Shown one piece after another: positions 1 through 13,493 of a stretch of DNA of 64,000 nt; the stretch's first letter is position 1; each line of letters begins with the position of its first letter. The notes under the pieces are model-generated. The model had not been told where the DNA came from, ran no database searches, and worked only from the letters and a program-made list of their open reading frames with translations. The stretch is from assembly GCF_046119375.1 (NCBI RefSeq), contig NW_027362765.1, positions 395,870,001 to 395,934,000 of the forward strand. The letters run 5' to 3'. This DNA is from Phyllobates terribilis (lineage: Eukaryota). The translations under genes and the position numbers were made by a program.

Positions 1-3000
1 CACAGCTCCTGCTCTTTCCCTGTATACAGCTCCTGCTCCTTCCCGGTATACAGCTCCTGGTCCTTCCCTGGACACAGTGCCTGCTCCTTCCCTCTACACA
101 GCTCCTGCTCCTTCCCTATACACAGCGCCTGCTCCTTCCCTGTACTTAGCTCCTGCTCATTCCCTAAACACAGCTCCTGCTCCTTCCCTGTACACAGCGC
201 CTGCTCCTTCCCTGTACACAGCTCCTGCTCCTTCCCTCTACACAGCGCCTGCTTCTTCCCTGTACACAGCGCCTGCTCCTTCCCTTTACACAGCTCCTGC
301 TCCTTCCCTAAACACAGCGCCTGCTCCTTCCCTATACACAGCGCCTGCCCTTTCCCTGTACACAGCGCCTGCTCCTTCCCTGTACACAGCGCCTGCTCCT
401 TCCCTGTACACAGCGCCTGCTCCTTCCCTGTACACAGCGCCTGCTCCTTCCTTATACACAGCGCCTGCTTCTTCCCTGTACACAGCGCCTGCTCCTTCCC
501 TGTACACAGCGCCTGCTCCTTCCCTGTACACAGAGCCTGCTCCTTCCCTCTACACAGCTCCTGCTCCTTCCCTAAACACAGCTCCTGCTCCTTCCCTGTA
601 CACAGCGCCTGCTCCTTCCCTGTACACAGCGCCTGCTTCTTCCCGGTACACAGCGCCTGCTCCTTCCCGATACACAGCGCCTGCTCCTTTCCTGTACACA
701 GCTCCTGCTCCTTCCCTAAACACAGTGCCTGCTCCTTCCCTGTTCACAGCGCCTGCTCCTTCCCTGTACACAGCTCCTGCTCTTTCGCTGTATACAGCTC
801 CTGCTCCTTTCCTGTATACAGCTCCTGCTCCTTCCCTGTATACAGCGCCTGCTCCTTCCCTGTACACAGTGCCTGCTCCTTCCCTCTACACAGCTCCTGC
901 TCCTTCCCTATACACAGCGCCTGCCCTTTCCCTGTACACAGCGCCTGCTCCTTCCCTGTACACAGCGCCTGCTCCTTCCCTGTACACAGCGCCTGCTCCT
1001 TCCCTGTACACAGCGCCTGCTCCTTCCTTATACACAGCGCCTGCTTCTTCCCTGTACACAGCGCCTGCTCCTTTCCTGTACACAGAGCCTGCTCCTTCCC
1101 TCTACACAGCTCCTGCTCCTTCCCTAAACACAGCTCCTGCTCCTTCCCTGTACACAGCGCCTGCTCCTTCCCTGTACACAGCGCCTGCTTCTTCCCGGTA
1201 CACAGCGCCTGCTCCTTCCCGATACACAGCGCCTGCTCCTTTCCTGTACACAGCTCCTGCTCCTTCCCTAAACACAGTGCCTGCTTCTTCCCTGTTCACA
1301 GCGCCTGCTCCTTCCCTGTACACAGCTCCTGCTCTCTCCCTGTATACAGCTCCTGCTCCTTCCCTGTATACAGCTCCTGCTCCTTCCCTGTATACAGCGC
1401 CTGCTCCTTCCCTGTACACAGAGCCTGCTCCATCCCTCTACACAGCTCCTGCTCCTTCCCTATACACAGCGCCTGCTCCTTCCCTTTACACAGCTCCTGC
1501 TCTTTCCCTGTATACAGCTCCTGCTCTTTCCCTGTATACCGCTCCTGCTCCTTACCTATACACAGCGCCTGCTCCTTCCCTAAACAAGGCGCCTGCTCCT
1601 TCGCTGTACACAGCGCCTGCTCCTTCCCTAAACACAGCGCCTGCTCCTTCCCTAAACACAGCGCCTGCTCCTTCCCTAAACACAGCGCCTGCTCCTACCC
1701 TAAACACAGCGCCTGCTCCTTCCCTGTACACAGCGCCTGCTCCTTCCCTGTACACAGCGCCTGCTCCTTCCCTGTACACAGCGCGTGCTTCTTCCCTCTA
1801 CACAGCTCCTGCTCCTTCCCTATACACAGCGCCTGCTCCTTCTCTTTACACAGCTCCTGCTCTTTCCCTTTGCACAGCTCCTGCTCCTTCCCTATACACA
1901 GCGCCTGCTCCTTCCCGTTACACAGCTCCTGCTCCTTCCCTATACACAGCGCCTGCTCCTTCCCTAACCAAAGCGCCTGCTCCTTCCCTGTACACAGCGC
2001 CTGCTCCTTCCCTAAACACAGCGCCTGCTCCTTCCCTAAACACAGCGCCTGCTCCTTCCCTTTACACAGCTCCTGCTCTTTCCCTGTATACAGCTCCTGC
2101 TCCTTCCCTGTACACAGCTCCTGCTCCTTCCCTGTACACAGCTCCTGCTCCTTCCCTAAACAAAGCGCCTGCTCCTTCCCTGTACACAGCACCTGCTCCT
2201 TCCCTGTACACAGCGCCTGCTCCTTCCCTGTACACAGCGCCTGCTCCTTCCCTAAACAGAGCGCCTTCTCCTTCCCTAAACACAGCTCCTGCTCCTTCCC
2301 TATACACAGCGCCTGCTCCTTCCCTAAACACAGCGCCTGCTCCTTCCCTATACACAGCTCCAGCTCCTTCCCTAAACACAGCGCCTGCTCCTTCCCTGTA
2401 CACAGCGCCTGCTCCTTCCCTCTACAGAGCTCCTGCTCTTTCCCTGTATACAGCTCCTGCTCCTTCCCTGTACACAGCGCCTGCTCCTTCCCTGTTCACA
2501 GCGCCTGCTCCTTCCCTGTACACAGCGCCTGCTCCTTCCCTCTACACAGCTCCTGCTCTTTCCCTGTAAACAGCTCCTGCTCCTTCCCTGTATACAGCTC
2601 CTTCTCCTTCCCTGTGCACAGCACCTGCTCCTTCCCTCTACACAGCTCCTGCTCCTTCCCTATACACAGCGCCTGATCCTTCCCTGTACACAGCGCCTGC
2701 TCCTTCCCTTTACACAGCTCCTGCTCTTTCCCTGTATACAGCTCCTGCTCCTTCCCTATATACAGCTCCTGCTCCTTCCCTAAATAAAGCGCCTGCTCCT
2801 TCCCTATACACAGCGCCTGCTCCTTCCCTATACACAGCTCCTGCTCCTTCCCTGTACACAGTGCCTGCTACTTCCCTGTACACAGCGCCTGCTTGTTCCC
2901 TATACACAGCGCCTGCTCCTTCCCTCTACACAGCTCCTGCTCCTTCCCTATACACAGCGCCTGCTCCTTCCCTATACACAGCGCCTGCTCCATCCCTAAA

Positions 3001-6000
3001 CATAGCGCCTGCTCCTTCCCTATACACAGCTCCTGCTCCTTCCCTAAACACAGCGCCTGCTCCTTCCCTATACACAGCGCCTGCCCTTTCCCTGTACACA
3101 GCGCCTGCTCGTTCCCTGTACACAGCGCCTGCTCCTTCCCTGTACACAGCGCCTGCTCCTTCCCTGTACACAGCGCCTGCTCCTTCCCTGTACACAGCGC
3201 CTGCTCCTTCCTTGTACACAGCGCCTGCTTCTTCCCTGTACACAGCGCCTGCTCCTTCCCTGTACACAGAGCCTGCTCCTTCCCTCTACACAGCTCCTGC
3301 TCCTTCCCTAAACACAGCTCCTGCTCCTTCCCTGTACACAGCGCCTGCTCCTTCACTGTACACAGCGCCTGCTTCTTCCCGGTACACAGCGCCTGCTCCT
3401 TCCCGATACACAGCGCCTGCTGGTTTCCTGTACACAGCTCCTGCTCCTTCCCTAAACACAGTGCCTGCTCCTTCCCTGTTCACAGCGCCTGCTCCTTCCC
3501 TGTACTCCTTCCCTATACACAGCTCCTGCTCCTTCCCTAAACACAGCGCCTGCTCCTTCCCTATACACAGCGCCTGCCCTTTCCCTGTACTCAGCGCCTG
3601 CTCCTTCCCTGTACACAGCGCCTGCTCCTTCCCTGTACACAGTGCCTGCTCCTTCCCTGTACACAGCGCCTGCTCCTTCCTTATACACAGCGCCTGCGTC
3701 TTCCCTGTACACAGCGCCTGCTCCTTCCCTGTACACAGAGCCTGCTCCTTCCCTCTACACAGCTCCTGCTCCTTCCCTAAACACAGCTCCTGCTCCTTCC
3801 CTCTACACAGCGCCTGCTCCTTCCCTGTACACAGCGCCTGCTTCTTCCCGGTACACAGCGCCTGCTCCTTCCCGATACACAGCGCCTGCTCCTTTCCTGT
3901 ACACAGCTCCTGCTCCTTCCCTAAACACAGTGCCTGCTCCTTCCCTGTTCACAGCGCCTGCTCCTTCCCTGTTCACAGCGCCTGCTCCTTCCCTGTACAC
4001 AGCTCCTGCTCTTTTGCTGTATACAGCTCCTGCTCCTTCCCTGTATACAGCTCCTCCTCCTTCCCTGTATACAGTGCCTGCTCTTTCCCTGTACACAGTG
4101 CCTGCTCCTTCCCTCTACACAGCTCCTGCTCCTTCCCTATACACAGCGCCTGCCCTTTCCCTGTACACAGCGCCTGCTCCTTCCCTGTACACAGCGCCTG
4201 CTCCTTCCCTGTACACAGCGCCTGCTCCTCCCCTGTACACAGCGCCTGCTCCTTCCTTATACACAGCGCCTGCTTCTTCCCTGTACACAGCGCCTGCTCC
4301 TTCCCTGTACACAGAGCCTGCTCCTTCCCTCTACACAGCTCCTGCTCCTTCCCTAAACACAGCTCCTGCTCCTTCCCTGTATACAGCGCCTGCTCCTTCC
4401 CTGTACACAGAGCCTGCTCCTTCCCTCTACACAGCTCCTGCTCCTTCCCTTTACACAGCTCCTGCTCTTTCCCTGTATACAGCTCCTGCTCCTTACCTAT
4501 ACACAGCGCCTGCTCCTTCCCTAAACAAGGCGCCTGCTCCTTCGCTGTACACAGCGCCTGCTCCTTCCCTAAACACAGCGCCTGCTCCTTCCCTAAACAC
4601 AGCGCCTGCTCCTACCCTAAACACAGCGCCTGCTCCTTCCCTGTACACAGCGCCTGCTCCTTCCCTGTACACAGCGCCTGCTCCTTCCCTGTACACAGCG
4701 CCTGCTCCTTCCCTGTACACAGCGCCTGCTCCTTCCCTGTACACAGCGCCTGCTTCTTCCCTCTACACAGCTCCTGCTCCTTCCCTATACACAGCGCCTG
4801 CTCCTTCCCTTTACACAGCTCCTGCTCTTTCCCTTTGCACAGCTCCTGCTCCTTCCCTATACACAGCGCCTGCTCCTTCCCTTTACACAGCTCCTGCTCC
4901 TTCCCTATACACAGCGCCTGCTCCTTCCCTAACCAAAGCGCCTGCTCCTTCCCTGTACACAGCGCCTGCTCCTTCCCTAAACACAGCGCCTGCTCCTTCC
5001 CTAAACACAGCGCCTGCTCTTTCCCTAAACACAGCGCCTGCTCCTTCCCTATACACAGCGCCTGCTTCTTCCCTATACACAGCGCCTGCTTCTTCCCTGT
5101 ACTCAGCTCCTGCTCCTTCCCTATACACAGCGCCTGCTCCTTCCCTGTACACAGCGCCTGCTCCTTCCCTATACACAGCGCCTGCTCCTTCCCTATACAC
5201 AGCGCCTGCTCCTTCCCTCTACACAGCGCCTGCTTCTTCCCTCTACACAGCTCCTGCTCCTTCCCTAAACACAGCACCTGCTCCTTCCCTAAACACAGCG
5301 CCTGCTCCTTCCCTGTACACAGCGCCTGCTCCCTCCCTGTACACAGCTCCTGCTCCTTCCCTGTACACAGCTCCTGCTTCTTCCCTGTACACAGCTCCTG
5401 CTCCTTCCCTGTACACAGCTCCTGCTTCTTCCCTGTACACAGCGCCTGCTCCTTCCCTCTACACAGCTCCTGCTCTTTCCCTGTATACAGCTCCTGCTCC
5501 TTCCCGGTATACAGCTCCTGGTCCTTCCCTGGACACAGTGCCTGCTCCTTCCCTCTACACAGCTCCTGCTCCTTCCCTATACACAGCGCCTGCTCCTTCC
5601 CTGTACTTAGCTCCTGCTCATTCCCTAAACACAGCTCCTGCTCCTTCCCTGTACACAGCGCCTGCTCCTTCCCTGTACACAGCTCCTGCTCCTTCCCTCT
5701 ACACAGCGCCTGCTCCTTCCCTGTACACAGCGCCTGCTCCTTCCCTTTACACAGCTCCTGCTCTTTCCCTGTATACAGCTCCTGCTCCTTCCCTATACAC
5801 AGCGCCTGCTCCTTCCCTAAACACAGCGCCTGCTCCTTCCCTATACACAGCTCCTGCTCCTTCTTCCCTAAACACAGCGCCTGCTTCTTCCCTATACACA
5901 GCGCCTGCTCTTTCCCTGTATACAGCTCCTGCTCCTTCCCTGTACACAGCTCCTGCTCCTTCCCTTTACACAGCTCCTGCTCTTTCCCTGTATACAGCTC

Positions 6001-9000
6001 CTGCTCCTTCCCTGTACACAGCTCCTGCTCCTTCCCTGTACACAGCTCCTGCTCCTTCCCTGTACACAGCTCCTGCTCCTTCCCTAAACAAAGCGCCTGC
6101 TCCTTCCCTGTACACAGCACCTGCTCCTTCCCTGTACACAGCGCCTGCTCCTTCCCTAAACAGAGCGCCTTCTCCTTCCCTAAACACAGCTCCTGCTCCT
6201 TCCCTATACACAGCGCCTGCTCCTTCCCTAAACACAGCGCCTGCTCCTTCCCTATACACAGCTCCAGCTCCTTCCCTAAACACAGCGCCTGCTCCTTCCC
6301 TGTACACAGCGCCTGCTCCTTCCCTCTACAGAGCTCCTGCTCTTTCCCTGTATACAGCTCCTGCTCCTTCCCTGTACACAGCGCCTGCTCCTTCCCTGTT
6401 CACAGCGCCTGCTCCTTCCCTGTACACAGCGCCTGCTCCTTCCCTCTACACAGCTCCTGCTCTTTCCCTGTAAACAGCTCCTGCTCCTTCCCTGTATACA
6501 GCTCCTGCTCCTTCCCTGTGCACAGCACCTGCTCCTTCCCTCTACACAGCTCCTGCTCCTTCCCTATACACAGCGCCTGATCCTTCCCTGTACACAGCGC
6601 CTGCTCCTTCCCTTTACACAGCTCCTGCTCTTTCCCTGTATACAGCTCCTGCTCCTTCCCTATATACAGCTCCTGCTCCTTCCCTAAATAAAGCGCCTGC
6701 TCCTTCCCTATACACAGCGCCTGCTCCTTCCCTATACACAGCTCCTGCTCCTTCCCTGTACACAGTGCCTGCTACTTCCCTGTACACAGCGCCTGCTTAT
6801 TCCCTATACACAGCGCCTGCTCCTTCCCTCTACACAGCTCCTGCTCCTTCCCTATACACAGCGCCTGCTCCTTCCCTATACACAGCGCCTGCTCCATCCC
6901 TAAACATAGCGCCTGCTCCTTCCCTATACACAGCTCCTGCTCCTTCCCTAAACACAGCGCCTGCTCCTTCCCTATACACAGCGCCTGCCCTTTCCCTGTA
7001 CACAGCGCCTGCTCGTTCCCTGTACACAGCGCCTGCTCCTTCCCTGTACACAGCGCCTGCTCCTTCCCTGTACACAGCGCCTGCTCCTTCCTTGTACACA
7101 GCGCCTGCTTCTTCCCTGTACACAGCGCCTGCTCCTTCCCTGTACACAGAGCCTGCTCCTTCCCTCTACACAGCTCCTGCTCCTTCCCTAAACACAGCTC
7201 CTGCTCCTTCCCTGTACACAGCGCCTGCTCCTTCACTGTACACAGCGCCTGCTTCTTCCCGGTACACAGCGCCTGCTCCTTCCCGATACACAGCGCCTGC
7301 TGGTTTCCTGTACACAGCTCCTGCTCCTTCCCTAAACACAGTGCCTGCTCCTTCCCTGTTCACAGCGCCTGCTCCTTCCCTGTACTCCTTCCCTATACAC
7401 AGCTCCTGCTCCTTCCCTAAACACAGCGCCTGCTCCTTCCCTATACACAGCGCCTGCCCTTTCCCTGTACTCAGCGCCTGCTCCTTCCCTGTACACAGCG
7501 CCTGCTCCTTCCCTGTACACAGTGCCTGCTCCTTCCCTGTACACAGCGCCTGCTCCTTCCTTATACACAGCGCCTGCGTCTTCCCTGTACACAGCGCCTG
7601 CTCCTTCCCTGTACACAGAGCCTGCTCCTTCCCTCTACACAGCTCCTGCTCCTTCCCTAAACACAGCTCCTGCTCCTTCCCTCTACACAGCGCCTGCTCC
7701 TTCCCTGTACACAGCGCCTGCTTCTTCCCGGTACACAGCGCCTGCTCCTTCCCGATACACAGCGCCTGCTCCTTTCCTGTACACAGCTCCTGCTCCTTCC
7801 CTAAACACAGTGCCTGCTCCTTCCCTGTTCACAGCGCCTGCTCCTTCCCTGTTCACAGCGCCTGCTCCTTCCCTGTACACAGCTCCTGCTCTTTTGCTGT
7901 ATACAGCTCCTGCTCCTTCCCTGTATACAGCTCCTCCTCCTTCCCTGTATACAGTGCCTGCTCTTTCCCTGTACACAGTGCCTGCTCCTTCCCTCTACAC
8001 AGCTCCTGCTCCTTCCCTATACACAGCGCCTGCCCTTTCCCTGTACACAGCGCCTGCTCCTTCCCTGTACACAGCGCCTGCTCCTTCCCTGTACACAGCG
8101 CCTGCTCCTCCCCTGTACACAGCGCCTGCTCCTTCCTTATACACAGCGCCTGCTTCTTCCCTGTACACAGCGCCTGCTCCTTCCCTGTACACAGAGCCTG
8201 CTCCTTCCCTCTACACAGCTCCTGCTCCTTCCCTAAACACAGCTCCTGCTCCTTCCCTGTATACAGCGCCTGCTCCTTCCCTGTACACAGAGCCTGCTCC
8301 TTCCCTCTACACAGCTCCTGCTCCTTCCCTATACACAGCGCCTGCTCCTTCCCTTTACACAGCTCCTGCTCTTTCCCTGTATACAGCTCCTGCTCCTTAC
8401 CTATACACAGCGCCTGCTCCTTCCCTAAACAAGGCGCCTGCTCCTTCGCTGTACACAGCGCCTGCTCCTTCCCTAAACACAGCGCCTGCTCCTTCCCTAA
8501 ACACAGCGCCTGCTCCTACCCTAAACACAGCGCCTGCTCCTTCCCTGTACACAGCGCCTGCTCCTTCCCTGTACAGAGCGCCTGCTCCTTCCCTGTACAC
8601 AGCGCCTGCTCCTTCCCTGTACACAGCGCCTGCTCCTTCCCTGTACACAGCGCCTGCTTCTTCCCTGTACACAGCGCCTGCTTCTTCCCTCTACACAGCT
8701 CCTGCTCCTTCCCTATACACAGCGCCTGCTCCTTCCCTTTACACAGCTCCTGCTCTTTCCCTTTGCACAGCTCCTGCTCCTTCCCTATACACAGCGCCTG
8801 CTCCTTCCCTTTACACAGCTCCTGCTCCTTCCCTATACACAGCGCCTGCTCCTTCCCTAACCAAAGCGCCTGCTCCTTCCCTGTACACAGCGCCTGCTCC
8901 TTCCCTAAACACAGCGCCTGCTCCTTCCCTAAACACAGCGCCTGCTCTTTCCCTAAACACAGCGCCTGCTCCTTCCCTATACACAGCGCCTGCTTCTTCC

Positions 9001-11860
9001 CTATACACAGCGCCTGCTTCTTCCCTGTACTCAGCTCCTGCTCCTTCCCTATACACAGCGCCTGCTCCTTCCCTGTACACAGCGCCTGCTCCTTCCCTAT
9101 ACACAGCGCCTGCTCCTTCCCTCTACACAGCGCCTGCTTCTTCCCTCTACACAGCTCCTGCTCCTTCCCTAAACACAGCACCTGCTCCTTCCCTAAACAC
9201 AGCGCCTGCTCCTTCCCTGTACACAGCGCCTGCTCCCTCCCTGTACACAGCTCCTGCTCCTTCCCTGTACACAGCTCCTGCTTCTTCCCTGTACACAGCT
9301 CCTGCTCCTTCCCTGTACACAGCTCCTGCTTCTTCCCTGTACACAGCGCCTGCTCCTTCCCTCTACACAGCTCCTGCTCTTTCCCTGTATACAGCTCCTG
9401 CTCCTTCCCGGTATACAGCTCCTGGTCCTTCCCTGGACACAGTGCCTGCTCCTTCCCTCTACACAGCTCCTGCTCCTTCCCTATACACAGCGCCTGCTCC
9501 TTCCCTGTACTTAGCTCCTGCTCATTCCCTAAACACAGCTCCTGCTCCTTCCCTGTACACAGCGCCTGCTCCTTCCCTGTACACAGCTCCTGCTCCTTCC
9601 CTCTACACAGCGCCTGCTTCTTCCCTGTACACAGCGCCTGCTCCTTCCCTTTACACAGCTCCTGCTCTTTCCCTGTATACAGCTCCTGCTCCTTCCCTAT
9701 ACACAGCGCCTGCTCCTTCCCTAAACACAGCGCCTGCTCCTTCCCTATACACAGCTCCTGCTCCTTCTTCCCTAAACACAGCGCCTGCTTCTTCCCTATA
9801 CACAGCGCCTGCTCCTTCCCTGTACACAGCGCCTGCTCCTTCCCTGTACACAGCGCCTGCTCCTTCCCTGTACACAGCGCCTGCTCCTTCCCTGTACACA
9901 GCGCCTGCTCCTTCCCTCTACACAGCTCCTGCTCCTTCCCTCTACACAGCGCCTGCTCCTTCCCTCTACACAGCGCCTGCTCCTTCCCTCTACACAGCGC
10001 CTGCTCCTTCCCTCTACACAGCTCCTGCTCCTTCCCTAAACACAGCTCCTGCTCCTTCCCTAAACACAGCGCCTGCTCCTTCCCTGTAAACAGCGCCTGC
10101 TCCTTCCCTGTACACAGCGCCTGCTCCTTCCCTGTACACAGCGCCTGCTCCTTCCCTGTACACAGCTCCTGCTCCTTCCCTGTACACAGCTCCTGCTCCT
10201 TCCCTGTACACAGCGCCTGCTCCTTCCCTCTACACAGCTCCTGCTCCTTCCCTCTACACAGCGCCTGCTCCTTCCCTCTACACAGCGCCTGCTCCTTCCC
10301 TCTACACAGCGCCTGCTCCTTCCCTCTACACAGCGCCTGCTCCTTCCCTAAACACAGCTCCTGCTCCTTCCCTAAACACAGCGCCTGCTCCTTCCCTGTA
10401 CACAGCGCCTGCTCCTTCCCTGTACACAGCGCCTGCTCCTTCCCTGTACACAGCGCCTGCTCCTTCCCTGTACACAGCTCCTGCTCCTTCCCTGTACACA
10501 GCTCCTGCTCGTTCTCTGTACAGAGCTCCTGCTCCTTCCCTGTACACAGCTCCTGCTCCTTCCCTAAACACAGCGCCTGCTCCTTCCCTCTACACAGCGC
10601 CTGCTCCTTCCCTCTACACAGCGCCTGCTCCTTCCCTCTACACAGCGCCTGCTCCTTCCCTAAACACAGCTCCTGCTCCTTCCCTAAACACAGCGCCTGC
10701 TCCTTCCCTGTACACAGCGCCTGCTCCTTCCCTGTACACAGCGCCTGCTCCTTCCCTGTACACAGCGCCTGCTCCTTCCCTGTACACAGCTCCTGCTCCT
10801 TCCCTGTACACAGCTCCTGCTCGTTCTCTGTACAGAGCTCCTGCTCCTTCCCTGTACACAGCTCCTGCTCCTTCCCTAAACACAGCGCCTGCTCCTTCCC
10901 TGTACACAGCGCCTGCTCCTTCCCTCTACACAGCTCCTGCTCTTTTCCTGTGTACAGCTCCTGCTCCTTCCCTGAATACAGCTCCTGCTCCTTCCCTGTA
11001 CACAGCGCCTTCTCCTTCCCTCTACACAGCTCCTGCTCCTTCCCTATACACAGCGCCTGCTCCTTCCCTATACACAGCGCCTGCTCCTTCCCTCTACACA
11101 GCGCCTGCTCCTTCCCTCTACACAGCGCCTGCTCCTTCCCTCTACACAGCTCCTGCTCCTTCCCTAAACACAGCGCCTGCTCCTTCCCTGTACACAGCGC
11201 CTGCTCCTTCCCTGTACACAGCGCCTGCTCCTTCCCTGTACACAGCGCCTGCTCCTTCCCTATACACAGCTCCTGCTCCTTCCCTAAACACAGCGCCTGC
11301 TTCTTCCCTATACACAGCGCCTGCTCCTTCCCTGTACACAGCGCCTGCTCCTTCCCTGTACACAGCGCCTGCTCCTTCCCTGTACACAGCGCCTGCTCCT
11401 TCCCTGTACACAGCTCCTGCTCCTTCCCTAAACACAGCTCCTGCTTCTTCCCTGTACACAGCGCCTGCTCCTTCCCTGTACACAGCTCCTGCTCCTTCCC
11501 TGTAAACAGCTCCTGCTCCTTCCCTGTATACAGCACCTGCTCCTTCCCTAAACACAGCGCCTGCTCCTTCCCTGTACACAGCGCCTGCTCCTTCCCTCTA
11601 CACAGCTCCTGCTCCTTCCCTCTACACAGTTCCTGCTCTTTTCCTGTATACAGCTCCTGCTCCTTCCCTGTATACAGCTCCTGCCCTGTACACAGCGCCT
11701 GCTCCTTTCCTGTACACAGCGCCTGCTCCTTTCCTGTACACAGCGCCTGCTCTTGCCCTGTACACAGCGCCTGCTCCTTCCCTTTACACAGCGCCTACTC
11801 CTTCCCTGTACACAGCTCCAGCTCCTTCCCTATACACAGCTCCAGCTCCTTCCCTGTACA
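1..11860. repeat. 24-bp tandem satellite (consensus CACAGCGCCTGCTCCTTCCCTGTA), about 490 units, running off the window start
   Basis: Directly visible 24-nt period; the 8-aa periodic ORFs (APAPSLYT, HSACSFPV, REGAGAVY) in the track are its translation. Confidence 0.98.
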
Positions 11861-11910
11861 ATCACATGATCACTGGATCTGGAGGGGGAAGTGTCCTTAG
11901 TGCTTCCTAT

Positions 11911-12221
11911 TAGTGTGGAGCGAGTATGTTCTGTTAACCCTTTCGCCGAGTATGCTCGGGCCGAGCTCCGAGTATTTACAGCTGCTCGGTGATATGGTTG
12001 AATCGCTCCCGTGTGCATGATTTGTGACTGTTTGACAGTTTTATTACATGTGAGGAATGTCTACTTCTTACATATTCCTCATATGTAATAAAGCTGTCAA
12101 ACAGTTGCAAATCATGCACACGGGAGCAATTCAAACATATCACCGAGCAGCTGTAAGTACTTGGAGCTCGGCCCGAGCATACTCGGCGAAAGGGTTAACA
12201 GAACATACTCACTCATCACTA
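11911..12221. mobile_element. Palindromic hAT-type MITE
   Basis: Ends TAGTG...CACTA; arms are complementary over about 140 nt; exact 8-bp target-site duplication CTTCCTAT at 11903-11910 and 12222-12229. An 8-bp TSD is typical of hAT. Confidence 0.85.
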
Positions 12222-12354
12222 CTTCCTATTACTATATACACAGCTCTTGTTTAGTGTTTGGGAAGGCAGAGACTGTAATAAACCACCCCTGCCTTCTCTG
12301 TGGGAGTTTTGGCCTCGTTCTGGCTCTCAATAATTTGCATTGAGCTCTTGGGAC

Positions 12355-12450
12355 TAGGGATGAGCAAACCCGTGGATGTTCGGTTCGTCCGAACTTTAGT
12401 CCAAAGTTCGGTTTGGGTACCAAAACTTGAACCCCACAGATGTCAATGGG
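12355..12450. mobile_element. hAT-MITE terminal fragment
   Basis: Begins TAGGGATGAGC, similar to the termini at 11911, 32574 and near 53860; no partner end found. Confidence 0.4.
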
Positions 12451-13174
12451 GACCCGTACTTTGGTGCTGCAAATGGTCGTAGTAAGGGGTCTCTCTCTCA
12501 GCATGGGTTTGCTCATTGCCATGGGACTAGAGCAGCATTGGTAAAAGGTGAAGCCGCCACTCCAGCTCTGAAAAACAAACGCTGGAGTGGTGCTTTAAGT
12601 CCCGTTTCACATGTCCAAAATTCACAGTCTGAGTACAGGCCACAATGTCCGCACTGGCCAGATCCAAAGCCTCCATTTTTCTTTTCACTAGGACTGATCC
12701 CCCAAACTGGGTTATCGTGTCCATAGACTTAATGGAATTTTTAGAAAATACAAGTTAACAATCATTTCTGAAAGATGCTCCTTGGGTCGTAACACAGCAG
12801 AGACTTGATTTCCACATTTATTGGCGGGAACTGAAAAAACGAATCACATTTTATATGAAAGTCTCCATTGTAAAAAACAAAACCCAAACCACCATACGCT
12901 GACTCCCTGTCACTGGCGCCAGGGCTCACCAGCCATTATTATGCTGCATTAGCCCTGCTGCCAGTCAGCCCTGCAGCCAGTCAGTGGCCGCTATCGGCTG
13001 CTGGGCTATCACTTTGCTTGTCTGAGGTGCACCCCACTATATATAGTACAATGCAGCAATGGGTCCTATTCCCAGGAAAATATCCCCAAAAGTGAACTTT
13101 AAGGTTTGGATGCAGTTTTCCTTTAAGACTCCAGCCTGCAGCTGTATTATCTCTGTGGCACTCCTGCTCTCTAG

Positions 13175-13222
13175 GGGTGAGCGGGTGAGCGGGTGAGCGG
13201 GTGAGCGGGTGAGCGGGTGAGC
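13175..13222. repeat. 8-bp tandem repeat (GGGTGAGC) x about 6
   Basis: Directly visible. Confidence 0.9.
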
Positions 13223-13269
13223 CCCCACACTGCACTCGCCGCTTATCCGCCGCCGGCCCCTGGCTTATA

Positions 13270-13493
13270 CAGGCCATGTCACGTGTCTCTGTTCATGCAC
13301 GATGTTGCGGAGTCAATAAAGTTTTTCAGAAAAAAAAAAAAGAAGAAAAGCTGAAGACGTGGTCGCAGAAGCACGCAGTACCGGCTCCTGACTTCCGGGT
13401 GAAGTTGCTGCGGACACTATGGGAGCTGTGTGTGAGGGGGGGGAGAGGATAGTGACCCTGTGCGGGAGACTGATGCTTGAGCAATAGTGACAG
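13270..13493 (+). promoter_or_regulatory. ENTPD7: Probable ENTPD7 promoter and non-coding exon 1
   Basis: CpG-containing stretch with E-box CACGTG (near 13280), ETS-like ACTTCCGG (near 13391) and donor CAG|GTAGGT at 13493/13494, about 0.85 kb upstream of the ATG exon. Confidence 0.5.

Noticed and set aside
77-11900. Very long ORFs of 830-1711 aa
   Set aside because: They are translations of the 24-bp satellite in several frames and both strands, with no domain content.
12981-13277. Minus-strand ORF as a divergent neighbour gene such as SLC25A28
   Set aside because: There is no recognisable similarity, and part of it is the 8-bp repeat.
13277-13286. GTCACGTGTC as a TFEB CLEAR element
   Set aside because: It is a single imperfect E-box and cannot be distinguished from generic USF/MYC sites by sequence alone.
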